Assembly: GCA_963666515.2 (NCBI GenBank)
Contig: OY762897.2
Location: forward strand, 3,968,001-4,032,000
DNA length: 64,000 nucleotides
Direction of reading: 5' to 3'
DNA from: Candidatus Binatia bacterium
GTDB taxonomy: Bacteria; Desulfobacterota; Binatia; UBA9968; JAJDTQ01
Shown: piece by piece, positions 21,101-28,355 of the stretch
Position numbering within the stretch: position 1 is the stretch's first letter
Layout: the number at the start of each line of letters is the position of its first letter
Notes under the pieces: generated by a model
The model's input: the letters and a program-made list of their open reading frames with translations, nothing else
Told to the model about the DNA's origin: nothing
The model's database searches: none
Made by a program: the position numbers and the translations under genes

Positions 21101-22335
21101 CAGCCGGGTTCGGGTCCGGTACGGACGGGTTCGGTGCAGCCGGGCCCGGAGCGAAGGAGATGACGACGCGGGAGTTGTTGGCGAGCAGTGCGTTCCGTTG
21201 GCGGCTGGGCGGGTCGGAGGAGGGTTCGGGCATGCAGTGGACGAGTTGGGGGAGCGGGGCGGCGACGCGCTTCGACGGACGGGAGCGTTCGGTGTCTCTG
21301 GACGGCGAGGTGGTGGGGATGACGCTGGGTGTGGACGCGGAGTGGGGTCCTTGGACTGCGGGGATGGCGCTGGCGTACAACGACGGCCGTGGCACGTATG
21401 ACGACGCCAAGAGCGGCAAGAGCGGCAAGACCTGGAGCACGCTGACGAGCGCGCACCCGTACGTTCGCTGGCAGAAGGAGGGTCTGTCGGTGTGGGGTTT
21501 GTTGGGTCACGGCCAGGGAGAGTACGCGGTGGCTCCGGGGGAGGGAGAGGAGACGGTTCGGACGGACATGGGGATGAACATGGCGGGAGTGGGTGCACGG
21601 CGGACGCTGGCGCCGGCGCCCGGGGGCGTGGAGCTGGCGTTGCGTGCGGACGGGATGTTCGTGTGGATGAACTCGGACGCGGTAGCCGGGCGGTTGCAGG
21701 AGACGCGGACGGAGACGCGCCACCTTCGGCTGTTGCTGGAGGGGAGCCGGAGTTTCGGAGTGGGGAGTGGAGGAGTGCTGACGCCGTCATTGGAGGCGGG
21801 AGTTCGCCACGACGCAGGGGACGCGGAGAGGGGTTTCGGGTTGGAGGTGAACGCACGGGTTCGCTACGAGGACGTGGCGCGGGGGCTGACGGTGGAAGCG
21901 CGGGGCCGCGGGATGTTTGCGCACGAGGTGCAGGGGTACGAGGTGTGGGGAGCGAGCGGGTCGGTGGTTCTGGATCCTGGGTCGGACCGGTTGGGGCTGT
22001 CGTTGCGTGTGCAGCCGTCGTGGGGTGAGCCGGAGAGCGGTGTGGAGAGCCTGTGGGACGAGGGAGCTGCGGAAGGCGGGGGCGTGGCCGGAATCGGGAC
22101 GGGGGTGCGGCTGGACACGGAGTTGGGCTACGGCCTGCCGGCGCTGGAGGGACGCGGGGTGTTCACGCTCCAGACCGGGTTCGGGATTGACGATGGCGGG
22201 TCGCACCGGCTGCGTGTGGGCGGGGTGCTGGACACCGCGGGAGGGTTCGAGCTGAGCCTGTCGGGCGAGCAGACGGTGCCGCACGAGGGCGAGCCGGAAT
22301 ACGCGGTCGTCCTGGGCATCCGCTTCGTCTTGTAG
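12184..22335 (+). CDS. Giant Calx-beta/Ig-like repeat surface protein with C-terminal autotransporter-like beta-barrel (3383 aa)
   Basis: Signal peptide ending ASA-QQ; about 25 repeats of ~110 aa with AxxGxDY and DDxxxEgxETF motifs; WLARFGRTV linker; C-terminal alternating beta-strands ending GIRFVL. The true start may be downstream. Confidence 0.88.
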   Translation: MLSLLTKRLTTVASRKRACARCCDPHNAPIRVAKRRVAGFAATALLALIGLIATDASAQQRFGLLVQTTTVNEGSSAQTIRVRVTDNQFDRQYTLNGTLAVGKSGDGATEGTDYETVADISFSMTKDDTTKWVEFTLTPKQDTAVEGNESITVTVSAFGYSDASRTITLTDDEISLSTDVKVAFENDDDTVVTVTATAASTSGSARTVTIQVGKSTDSATEGTDYATVADFDITITANASSGTGTFTLALIDDTTSESSAADESISISGSISGGVTALGTSIKIYDNDIALSVNPSSVSEEGSPVSVTVTASGGVFFRSRTIRVSVGGGSTAGMDYVAVDDFSITIAANERSAASTFTLTPIDDGITEDWDYVGIGGSSPHASVNGTRISLNDNDRDPDFLVQADVSTLGENGGAKTVTVTVVDNRDNKVGNIDVDIGVGRSTDSATEGTDYATVSDFNIRGQYGQTTVDGTFTLTPTNDATPEGTERIAVYSTDQSIYNYRDAFINLTDDDGGTITLSANPSSVGEGASATTVTVTATADKAQSAARTVKVSLGGSGSATYGEDYSTGNSYSFDITIAQNASSGTGTFTLTPTQDTLVEGNETAGISARSNGFSITGTSVTLSDDDTAPAVNLSVSPTSLGEGDSGTKVTVTAAFSNTNTYESDKTVAVSVGGTGTATSGTDYAAVSNFNITIPKGKTSGTGTFTLTPTNDTSVENHETIGVAGTSTGLTVNGATLTLNDNDNDAVTLSADTSSVAEDGSATTVTVTATATNSLKRSRTVTVAVGGSGDGATEGTDYTTVDDFTITIAADATSGTGTFTLTPTQDTSIEGDESIGITGSGTLLTVTGTSLKLTDDDVRTIALSANKSTVSEGAGATTVTVTATANSAVTEATTVTVSVGDTGDGATSGTDYTAVDDFTITIAADATKGTGTFTLTPTQDTTYEGEESVSVTGTSSPHTVTGTSLAIGNDDGMGITLSANPTSVVEGGGSTSVTVTATANKTALADISVTVQVGKSTDSATEGTDYPTVNDFTLKIDKGEKTGTATFNLIPNSDKKDTEANETISVDGSSSPHTVTGASLTLTNAIATNPITLSVSPSSVGEAAGATTVTVTARMQTSFKGKGDVTVTVGTSGSAKSGTDYGAVSDIKLSFTTDKPTTATGTFTLTPTDDAVVENNETVWVDGSSSYGQVVGASVTINDNDGAAITLSANKTSVSEGASGTSVTVTATAGAASSNARTVTVAVGANGDGAIEGTDYADVSDFSITIAANATSGTGAFTLTPTQDTVVEGSESLTISGSGTGLNVTGTSVSLTDDDTAPSVNLSVSPTSVTEGAKDSGLLVGSYKTVTATATFSPAKTYDHDRTVAVSVGGSGTATSGTDYTAVSNFNVKINAGATSGTGTFQLTSSDDDVYEGDETIGVAGTSTGLTVNSVNLTLADNDSAAVTVDDASATEGSSMTFTVTLDKAVQGGLKVTPSYTNVTAADADYTANTAALTFSGTANETRTFTVSTVDDEVVEATETFTVGLSVSDAPSGVTSTDTGTGTINRVAGSGGDTATVTINDASAEEGSSMTFTVTLDKAVQGGLTVTPSYTNVTAADADYTANTAALTFSGTANETRTFTVSTTEDDVMEATETFTVSLSVSDAPSGVTVTDTGTGTINNDDSATVTVNDASAAEGSSMTFTVTLDKAVQGGLTVTPDFTDGTAVEGTDYDANTAALTFSGTANETRTFTVSTTEDAVMESNETFTVGLSVSDAPSGVTVTDTGTGTINNDDSATVTVNDASADEGDSMTFTVTLDKAVQGGLTVTPSYTDVTAVEGTDYDANTAALTFSGTANETRTFTVSTTEDAVMESNETFTVGLSVSDAPSGVTSTDTGTGTINNDDGATVTVNDASADEGDSMTFTVTLGKAVQGGLTVTPDFTDGTAVEGTDYDANTAALTFSGTANETRTFTVSTTEDAVVEGDETFTVGLTVSGTTLGVTATDTGTGTVEEDDGTTVTVSDASALEGESTTFTVTLSNAVQGGLTVTSSYMDVTADKSADYTENTTALTFTGTANESRTFTVSTTEDAVVEGDETFTVAPAISGLSTGVSGVTRVSGTGTITDDDSTEITLTANPASVDENATATAVTVTAETDGDTFKTARTVTVSVGDSADSADSGTDYAAVSDFTITITAGQTGGTGTFTLTPTDDTEIEGDEAITVAGASTGLTVNGTSVTLADDDFDISSAATFADAEAVEGEPLTFTVTLNNGVKNGFEVTPVITGGTATSGQDYKTELSPSLLVFAGTAGEQQTFTVTTIDDRVVEHEETVTVSFEVSDTRVSGVPDSALGLIVDNDVARLKISNARAEEGDSLTFTMTLSNTVSGGFKARPVFMDGTAVEGSDYQGNRPTLEFSGTSGESRSVTVPSLEDGVVEPEEWFNIGLSISGAPAGLRVGAGVGVIEDDDEAVLTVSDARGEEGEGLVFTVTLDNAVQSGFTVRPVFTDGSAEEGVDYRENRSALEFSGVAGESHTFEVSSLEDGVVEYDEDFTVGLDTTEVPAGVKVVSGVGVIEDDDEAVLTVSDASAKEGEALVFTVTLDSAVQSGFTVRPVFTDGSAEEGVDYTENRPALEFSGVAGESRTFEVMSLEDAVVEYDEEFTVSLDLREGPGGLQTGAPGTGTIVDGTETVVRVSEARAEEGEDLVFTVTLENAVVGGLRVTPSYADGTALEGTDYTENVTVLTFAGTAGESQEIAVSSVEDGLVEGDETFTVRVGVTEAPVGVKGSEGTGTVEDDDRRGEGVEVRVTDVTVEEGSPLVFTVSLAQAVTDNIVILRYATRDGTAHAGEDYTAVSGTFTFAAGETEKTVEVATLDDEFDEGSETMELRLSEAVNGKLEDPIGVGTIENDDPLPSAWLARFGRTVGEHVMGAIDARLHGDSTGSHLTVGGVTAQKPEEGEGRRRVGSSGLSEAGEWEGLARGEGKGAGWAVAPGDRAFGFGAAGFGSGTDGFGAAGPGAKEMTTRELLASSAFRWRLGGSEEGSGMQWTSWGSGAATRFDGRERSVSLDGEVVGMTLGVDAEWGPWTAGMALAYNDGRGTYDDAKSGKSGKTWSTLTSAHPYVRWQKEGLSVWGLLGHGQGEYAVAPGEGEETVRTDMGMNMAGVGARRTLAPAPGGVELALRADGMFVWMNSDAVAGRLQETRTETRHLRLLLEGSRSFGVGSGGVLTPSLEAGVRHDAGDAERGFGLEVNARVRYEDVARGLTVEARGRGMFAHEVQGYEVWGASGSVVLDPGSDRLGLSLRVQPSWGEPESGVESLWDEGAAEGGGVAGIGTGVRLDTELGYGLPALEGRGVFTLQTGFGIDDGGSHRLRVGGVLDTAGGFELSLSGEQTVPHEGEPEYAVVLGIRFVL

Positions 22336-22351
22336 CGAACGGCCTGAATCC

Positions 22352-22460
22352 TGGCGCCCTTCGACTTCGCCTGTCCTGAGCACCTGCCAACGGAGTACCT
22401 ACCAAACCCGTTCGTCCTGAGCGTAGCTCCGCGCCAGCGGAGCGAAGTCGAAGGACGCCA
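22352..22460. repeat. Long palindromic REP/MITE-like element, copy 1
   Basis: Terminal inverted repeats CCTTCGACTTCG...CGAAGTCGAAGG and an internal GTTCGTCCTGAGCGTAG, shared with 52326-52454 and 62511-62613. Confidence 0.8.
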
Positions 22461-22490
22461 TTGTGAGTTCGGGATCCGTGAGGGGCGGCG

Positions 22491-23375
22491 TCACTCCCCG
22501 CCGGAGAACGGGCCGAAGGGCTCCGGCCGGAACGGCTTGTCGCGGGCCTCGAAGAAGGCGCGCAGGCCGCCCTGCTTGCGGGCGTCCTCCAGGCGCTTGT
22601 TGAACTCTTCCCGTTTCGAGAGCCGGGCCATGGCGCTCAGCTCGGCGTTGAGCAGCCAAGCCTTGTGGAGGCCCATCATCTCCAGCCCCTGGGTGGCGAT
22701 GGCCAGGTTGATCTTGACCGTCTCCGGCGGCACCAGGGCGACCCGCTCGACCATGCGGAAGCATTCCTCCAGGAGATCGTCTCTCGGCACGACCCTGTTC
22801 ACCAGGCCGATGCGCAGGGCCTCGGCGGCGTCCACGTGATCGCCGGTGAGGGCGTAGCGCAGGGCGTTCTTGGGACCGGCCAGCAGCACCCAGATGAAGT
22901 CCGTGCCGGAGGCGTGGCGCACCTGGGGCTGGCCGAACACCGCGTCGTCCGCGGCCACGGTCAGGTGGCAGGTGAGGGCCAGCCACGAGGCCGTGCCCAG
23001 GCACCAGCCGTTGACCGCGCCGATGATGGGCTTGGGGTATTCCCAGCGGTAGAGCCGGCGGCGCAGCATCTCCTCCCGGTCCCTGTCCCGGACCTCGTCG
23101 AATTCCTTGTAGAGCGGCGCCCCTTCCGGCAGGGCCTGCGGCCACACGGTCTCGGGGACGCCGTCGGCGGTCATGTCCTCTCCACTGGAGAAGCAGCCGC
23201 CCGCTCCGGTGAGGATCACGCCCCGCACTTCGGGGTCATCCTTGGCCTCTGCCAGGGCCGCGTCCAGCTCCGCCAGCAGGGCCTCGCTCAGGGCGTTGCG
23301 CCGCTCCGGCCGGTTGAGGGTGATGAGCACGCCGTTGCGCTGTTTTTCGTACAGAAGGTTGTGATAGTCGCTCAT
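22491..23375 (-). CDS. Enoyl-CoA hydratase/isomerase family protein (paralog B)
   Basis: ITLNRPERRNAL, FSSGED and KPIIGAVNG motifs. Confidence 0.9.
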   Translation of the reverse strand: MSDYHNLLYEKQRNGVLITLNRPERRNALSEALLAELDAALAEAKDDPEVRGVILTGAGGCFSSGEDMTADGVPETVWPQALPEGAPLYKEFDEVRDRDREEMLRRRLYRWEYPKPIIGAVNGWCLGTASWLALTCHLTVAADDAVFGQPQVRHASGTDFIWVLLAGPKNALRYALTGDHVDAAEALRIGLVNRVVPRDDLLEECFRMVERVALVPPETVKINLAIATQGLEMMGLHKAWLLNAELSAMARLSKREEFNKRLEDARKQGGLRAFFEARDKPFRPEPFGPFSGGE

Positions 23376-23385
23376 GCGGTCTCTC

Positions 23386-24264
23386 CTACTCCTTGGGCTT
23401 CGACCTCGGCCCGAAGGGCTCCGGCTGGAACGGTCCGTCGCGAAGCTGCAGGTACTCGCGGATGTTCTTCTCGCGGGCCTCGTTCAGCGGGCGGCGATGC
23501 TCCTCGCGCAGCATCACGTGGGCCGGCGCCGAGAGCTGTGAGTCCAGCATGAGGGCGTCGCGCAGGCCCATCATCTCCATGCCCAGGGTGGCGATGGCCA
23601 AGTTGATCTTCACCGTCTCCGGCGGCACCAGCGCGATGCGCTCCGCCAGCTCCAGGCACTCGTCCAGCAGCCGCTCGTGGGGCACCACCTTGATGACCAG
23701 ACCGATGCGCAGGGCTTCTTGGGCGTCGATGTGGTCGCCCACCAGGCCGTAGCGGAGCGAGTTCTTGACCCCGGCGAGCATGGTCCAGAGGAAGCTCGTG
23801 TTGGAGCCGTGGCGCACCTCGGGCTGGGCGAAGACGGCCTGTTCCGAGGCGATGGTGATGTGGGTGCACAGCGCCAGCCACGAGCCCGCGCCCATGGCCC
23901 AGCCGTTGATGGCGCCGATGACCGGCTTGTCCAGCTCCCACAGGCGCAGGAACTCGTTGCCCTCCCGGCCGCGCCAGGAATCGATCCAGTCCGACGCGGA
24001 CTGGCCCGCGGGGACGCCGTAGGGCCATTCCAGGTCGCGCCGCCGTCCCGGCTTGGGCCCCTGGTCCATGCCCGCGGAAAAGGCGCGTCCGGCGCCGGTG
24101 ATGATGACGGCCCGCACCTCGGGGTCGGCCACGGCCTCGTCCAGCGCCGCGGACATCTCGTGCTGGACCGTAGGGCTGATGGCGTTCATCACCTGCGGCC
24201 GGTTCAGCGTGATCAACCCGGCGGCGCCGCGTCTCTCGTATAGAATTTCAGTGTAGTCTGCCAT
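23386..24264 (-). CDS. Enoyl-CoA hydratase/isomerase family protein (paralog A)
   Basis: ITLNRPQVMNAI, FSAGMD, KPVIGAING and FAQPEV motifs. Confidence 0.9.
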   Translation of the reverse strand: MADYTEILYERRGAAGLITLNRPQVMNAISPTVQHEMSAALDEAVADPEVRAVIITGAGRAFSAGMDQGPKPGRRRDLEWPYGVPAGQSASDWIDSWRGREGNEFLRLWELDKPVIGAINGWAMGAGSWLALCTHITIASEQAVFAQPEVRHGSNTSFLWTMLAGVKNSLRYGLVGDHIDAQEALRIGLVIKVVPHERLLDECLELAERIALVPPETVKINLAIATLGMEMMGLRDALMLDSQLSAPAHVMLREEHRRPLNEAREKNIREYLQLRDGPFQPEPFGPRSKPKE

Positions 24265-24280
24265 GGGGGTTCCTCTCTCC

Positions 24281-24916
24281 TTATCGCTCCTTCTTCCAGA
24301 CGATGCGGTAGATGCCGGCGATGTCGGAGATCGGCATGATGACGGGGTCGTAGCCGTGGGCGATGCTGATGAGCACCAGGTTGCCGTTCTCCTTCTTGAC
24401 CCGCTTGATCAGGTACTCGCCGCTCATGGTCTTGACCACGCAGTAGTCGCCGGAGTGCCATTCCTTGTTCGGCGAGCACACGACGATCTCCTTGTTCTCG
24501 TAACGGGGGCTCATGGAGTCGCCGCGGACCTCGACGCCGAAGGCGTTGGCGTCCTTGAGGTCGTAAGGGCGTGAGACCCGGCGCCAGCCCTCGCCCACCG
24601 GGAACCCGTCTTCGGAAAACTCGCCCCGGCCGGCGCCCGCGCGCCCCACCACCGGAAGGTCGTCGTGCACGTGGCCGGACACGTCCCGTACCTGGTCGCT
24701 GGTGGCCAGCAGCCATTCCAGGGAAACCCCGCACACCGACGCCAGGCGATGCAGGATGGCCGACTGCGGCGCCCGGTCGCCGGCCATGTAATTGTAGACA
24801 GCGGTCTTCGAGATGCCCGCCCGGGCGGCCACCTCCAGCGGATCCCGGTCCGCCAGGGCGAGGGTGAGCCGGCGGGCGAGGTCCGTCTTGGGGCGTCTTG
24901 TTTTTTTCCTCGGCAT
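24281..24916 (-). CDS. XRE-HTH + S24 peptidase (LexA/CI-like) repressor
   Basis: HTH VAARAGISKTAVYNY, SLEWLL, Ala-Gly cleavage site RAGAG, catalytic VRGDSM and LIKR. Confidence 0.88.
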   Translation of the reverse strand: MPRKKTRRPKTDLARRLTLALADRDPLEVAARAGISKTAVYNYMAGDRAPQSAILHRLASVCGVSLEWLLATSDQVRDVSGHVHDDLPVVGRAGAGRGEFSEDGFPVGEGWRRVSRPYDLKDANAFGVEVRGDSMSPRYENKEIVVCSPNKEWHSGDYCVVKTMSGEYLIKRVKKENGNLVLISIAHGYDPVIMPISDIAGIYRIVWKKER

Positions 24917-24926
24917 CGTGTATTAG

Positions 24927-24982
24927 TTCTCGAACGAGAAAAAACTTGACATTATAGTAGTCAAGTGATAACTCTACGTCAA
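24927..24982. promoter_or_regulatory. Divergent promoter/operator region of the CI-like repressor
   Basis: Palindromes TTCTCG-AA-CGAGAA (24927-24940) and ACTTGAC-N9-GTCAAGT (24944-24966); minus-strand TTGACG-17-TACTAT; plus-strand TTGACA at 24946. Confidence 0.65.
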
Positions 24983-25024
24983 GCGCCGTCACGACGCGAC
25001 TCTCAACGGGAAGGAAGGACCAGG

Positions 25025-25303
25025 ATGGCAAGTGAGACGAAACGACATCTGAGATCGGTGGGCGGAGGCCGGGGGGCCAAGCAATGGGCGGAGGTTGACG
25101 CCTCGCTGGTGGGGCTCTCGGTGCTATCGGCCCTGCACAAGCTGGACCACGGCGAGGAAGGCGAGGCCGACGTGGAAATCGGCGGCCGGACCCTGCGGAT
25201 CAGGTTCGACCCGCTCCAGAAGCGCGTGCTGATGTTCGAGCTGAAGAAAACACGGGCGCGCACTTCCCGCCTCGTGAGTCCCCGCAACAAGACCTCCCAC
25301 TGA
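25025..25303 (+). CDS. Hypothetical protein divergent from the repressor
   Basis: AGGA RBS, high-GC codon usage, 92 aa basic protein; no family recognised. Confidence 0.6.
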   Translation: MASETKRHLRSVGGGRGAKQWAEVDASLVGLSVLSALHKLDHGEEGEADVEIGGRTLRIRFDPLQKRVLMFELKKTRARTSRLVSPRNKTSH

Positions 25304-25386
25304 AACCCGCGGCGCAGGGGGATTCCCCCCTGCGTGAATTTCCTCCGTATTTTTTCACCAGCAGCGGTTGACGCCGGTATCATATC

Positions 25387-25410
25387 GGTGTATCAATGCA
25401 ACGATACACC
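25387..25410. promoter_or_regulatory. YtrA-type GntR operator palindrome
   Basis: GGTGTATC-N8-GATACACC just downstream of TTGACG (25368) and upstream of the membrane protein-GntR-ABC operon. Confidence 0.7.
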
Positions 25411-25426
25411 CGTGGGGGATCGTTGC

Positions 25427-26683
25427 ATGAAATCATGGTTTGACACGGTTGGATCGCTCTTTCTCGGGCGGTGGTGGTGGTTTCCATCGGTCTTCTTCGG
25501 GCCGTGGTGGCTCTCTCTCCTCCTCGTGTGCATGACCGCGTTGACCCTTTGGGTATCGAGTTGGACGGCCGGCTCCAACGGGCCGTTGCTGGTCGCGCTC
25601 GCTTTAACCGGCGTTTCGGTGGGGTCCTGGACCCGGCGATTGCACCGCTGGGATTGCGCCGTCCTGGTTCCCGACCTCCCCAGGCGCCTGTTCGTTCTGC
25701 CCCTTGTCATCGTCACGGCCGTCGCCTTCGCGTTTGCCGCGTTTTCGCTGTATGAGGGCAACCCGGCTCCCGCCTTGGGACCGGCGTTGCTCGCCGGCGT
25801 GGGGGTGGTGTATTGCCTTGTGCGCCTGGGCGAATGGTTCGGCCCTCTGTTGATCACGCTGGGCCCCTGGCTGTTGCTCGTCTGGGCGGTTGGCGGGCCG
25901 CCGCCGTACCTGGAGGTGCTGTCGCATCCCGCGGCGCAGGTGTCGGCGCTGGCATTCGCCCTGGCCCTCCTTGCGGCCTTGAAGCGTCGTCTGACCCGTC
26001 CCGTTGCCGCGCCCGCCTCGTCAGTCTCGTCAGCCCTCCTGTATCCGATGCCGGCGGGCGGGTTCCGCGGCACGTCCGGGATTGCCAAGCGGACGTTCCG
26101 CGTGGCATTGGCGGGGGTCGCGGTGGAAGCGCTGGTCCATCTGTCTTCGGGTCATCCGTACCTGGGCTTCCTGGAAGGAGGGCCCGGCTTTGCATTCGCC
26201 CACGATGGATTGTTCTTCACGTCCGCCCTGATCATCATCTGTCCGGCGGCGTTCCTGAACCCCGACGACTTCCCGGCCGCGTGGTTGTTGGGTATCGGCG
26301 GCAGTCGATCCCGAGTCGGCCGGAGTCTTGTCAGCCGTACGATCCTGGCGGGGTCGCTGCCCCTGCTCGGGTTCTTCATGGCGACGGAGACGGTGTGGTC
26401 CCGGCTGAGGGAGGAGGCCCCACGTTTCGATTTGCTGCTTGAGGCCCAGGTCCTGGCGTTCCTGGCGCTGGGATTCGCGTACGCGTTTCGCCGCACGTAC
26501 CCGAACCGATTCCTGACCCATGCGCCGATTCCGGTGGCAATCCTTTTATGGGGCTTCGGCCCGCTTCTCATGTCGCCGTTCGACTTCGGCTTGCCGGTGC
26601 TGGCGTTGCTGGCCGCCGGCAGCGCGGTCGCGGCCGTGTACGCGGTCGGCCACGGCCTGGCACGCGCCCGCTATCTTCTGTAG
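25427..26683 (+). CDS. Multi-pass membrane protein (probable ABC permease of a Ytr-like operon)
   Basis: About 12 hydrophobic segments; in an operon with a GntR regulator and an ABC ATPase. Confidence 0.7.
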   Translation: MKSWFDTVGSLFLGRWWWFPSVFFGPWWLSLLLVCMTALTLWVSSWTAGSNGPLLVALALTGVSVGSWTRRLHRWDCAVLVPDLPRRLFVLPLVIVTAVAFAFAAFSLYEGNPAPALGPALLAGVGVVYCLVRLGEWFGPLLITLGPWLLLVWAVGGPPPYLEVLSHPAAQVSALAFALALLAALKRRLTRPVAAPASSVSSALLYPMPAGGFRGTSGIAKRTFRVALAGVAVEALVHLSSGHPYLGFLEGGPGFAFAHDGLFFTSALIIICPAAFLNPDDFPAAWLLGIGGSRSRVGRSLVSRTILAGSLPLLGFFMATETVWSRLREEAPRFDLLLEAQVLAFLALGFAYAFRRTYPNRFLTHAPIPVAILLWGFGPLLMSPFDFGLPVLALLAAGSAVAAVYAVGHGLARARYLL

Positions 26684-26692
26684 GGGAAGCGC

Positions 26693-27049
26693 TTGTACTC
26701 GCTCAATCCAGCCTCGGGCGTCCCCCTCTACCGGCAGATCGTCGACCAGACGCGGCTGCTGGTGGCCGCCGGCCTGCTGGCCCCCGGCGCGTGCCTGCCG
26801 TCCGTCCGCGCCATGGCCGCCGACCTGGACATCAACCCCATGACCGTTTCCAAGGCCTACTCGCTGCTGGAGCAGGCCGGGGTGGTCCAGCGGCGGCGCG
26901 GCATCGGCATGGTCGTCGCCGCCGACGGCATCGACGCGTCGGAGGCCATCGGGCCGGAAGCCGCGGCGTTGATCCGTACCGCCCGGCAACTCGGCATGTC
27001 GCGCGCCGATCTCATAGCCAGGATCGAAGCACTCTGGGAGGAAACATGA
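26693..27049 (+). CDS. GntR family regulator, YtrA subfamily
   Basis: PLYRQIVDQ...LPSVRAMAADLDINPMTVSKAY...RRGIG; short C-terminus. Confidence 0.9.
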   Translation: MYSLNPASGVPLYRQIVDQTRLLVAAGLLAPGACLPSVRAMAADLDINPMTVSKAYSLLEQAGVVQRRRGIGMVVAADGIDASEAIGPEAAALIRTARQLGMSRADLIARIEALWEET

Positions 27050-27894
27050 TCCCGTCGCCCTTTTCCCTCAACGACGTCGCCGCCGGATACGACGGCAGGA
27101 CGGTCCTTCAAGGGGTCAGCCTGGAGCTTGAGCCCGGTTCCATCACGGGCCTGCTGGGCCTCAACGGCAGCGGCAAGACCACGATGATGCGCGTCGCCCT
27201 CGGCCTAATGAAGGCGGACCGGGGCCGGGCCGCCCTGTTCGGCTCGCCCGCCTGGGATTCGCCGCCCGAAGTCCGCAAGCGCGTCGGGTTCGTGCCGCAG
27301 GGCCTTCCGGGTCTCCATTCCGCCTTCGGAACCATGAACCTGGACGGATGCCTTCGCTTCGTCGCCCATCACTACGACAACTGGGACGAGTCGTTGATCG
27401 ACCGCCTCCGGCGCCAGTGGGGCCTCGGCAACCGCCGTATCGCCGAGCTGTCGCCCGGCGACCAGCAGAAGGTCGCCATCCTGCTCGCCGTCGGCCACCG
27501 CCCCGACCTGCTGATCCTCGACGAGCCCGCGGCCAGCCTCGACCCGGCGGCGCGGCGGGAGTTCCTGAGAACCCTGATCGAGCTGAACGCCGACAGCCGC
27601 CAGACCGTCCTTCTGTCAAGCCACATCACCAGCGACATCGAGCGCATCAGCTCCCACGTCGCGATCCTGCACGGCGGCGTGGTGGTCTGCCACGCCGCCC
27701 TCGACGACATCAAGGACAGGGTCCGGGCCGTCACCGTGACCGGAATGCTCCATCCCCCCGCCGACAAGGTCCTGGCCCACGCCGGCAGCCGCTACTGGCT
27801 GTGGGACTGGCAGGAATGCGGCCTGCCGACGGACCTCCGCGCGGACGAGGTGGTGCTGGAGGAGTTGTTCCTGGGGATTACGGCGAGCAGGTAG
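27046..27894 (+). CDS. ABC transporter ATP-binding protein (YtrB-like)
   Basis: GLNGSGKTT, LSPGDQQK, LILDEP and SSH motifs; ATGA overlap with the GntR gene. Confidence 0.88.
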   Translation: MIPSPFSLNDVAAGYDGRTVLQGVSLELEPGSITGLLGLNGSGKTTMMRVALGLMKADRGRAALFGSPAWDSPPEVRKRVGFVPQGLPGLHSAFGTMNLDGCLRFVAHHYDNWDESLIDRLRRQWGLGNRRIAELSPGDQQKVAILLAVGHRPDLLILDEPAASLDPAARREFLRTLIELNADSRQTVLLSSHITSDIERISSHVAILHGGVVVCHAALDDIKDRVRAVTVTGMLHPPADKVLAHAGSRYWLWDWQECGLPTDLRADEVVLEELFLGITASR

Positions 27895-27970
27895 CGGCCT
27901 GACACGCCAGCGCGTCGGAGCGCAGGGATGGCAGTCCGGCATTTTGACATCAATATATCCGAGCACGAGG

Positions 27971-28201
27971 ATGCCCAACATGAGGACGACGCTGACCCTG
28001 GACGACGATGTTGCGGACTTCCTGAAGGAACAGAGCCAACTTCACGACAAGCCGTTCAAGCAAGTGGTAAACGACGTGCTGCGTCGTGGTATGGCCCTCG
28101 ACTCGAAAGGGGCCAAACCGCCCAGATTCCGTATTGTTCCGAATCGCAGCGAGCTGCTTCCCGGCGTAGATCCAGAGAAGCTCAACCAACTCATCGACTA
28201 A
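27971..28201 (+). CDS. VapB/RHH-type antitoxin, probably C-terminally truncated, no toxin partner
   Basis: MRTTLTLDDDV...FKQVVNDVLRRG...PGVDPEKLNQLID; its stop directly abuts a CRISPR repeat remnant. Confidence 0.7.
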   Translation: MPNMRTTLTLDDDVADFLKEQSQLHDKPFKQVVNDVLRRGMALDSKGAKPPRFRIVPNRSELLPGVDPEKLNQLID

Positions 28202-28355
28202 CTCGGCCTCGGATCCACGACGTGGCGGACCGCGAGCGCATCCGGTCGCGGCTTTCAATGATTCCGAGGCCACGTGGCCTCGGAATCCCGGACCCCCGAG
28301 AAGAAGGCCCCGGAGCCCTTGAAGTGGTCCGGCAGATGGAGGAATGGAGGATGTC

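Noticed and set aside
24281-25303. Prophage
   Set aside because: No integrase, structural or replication genes nearby.
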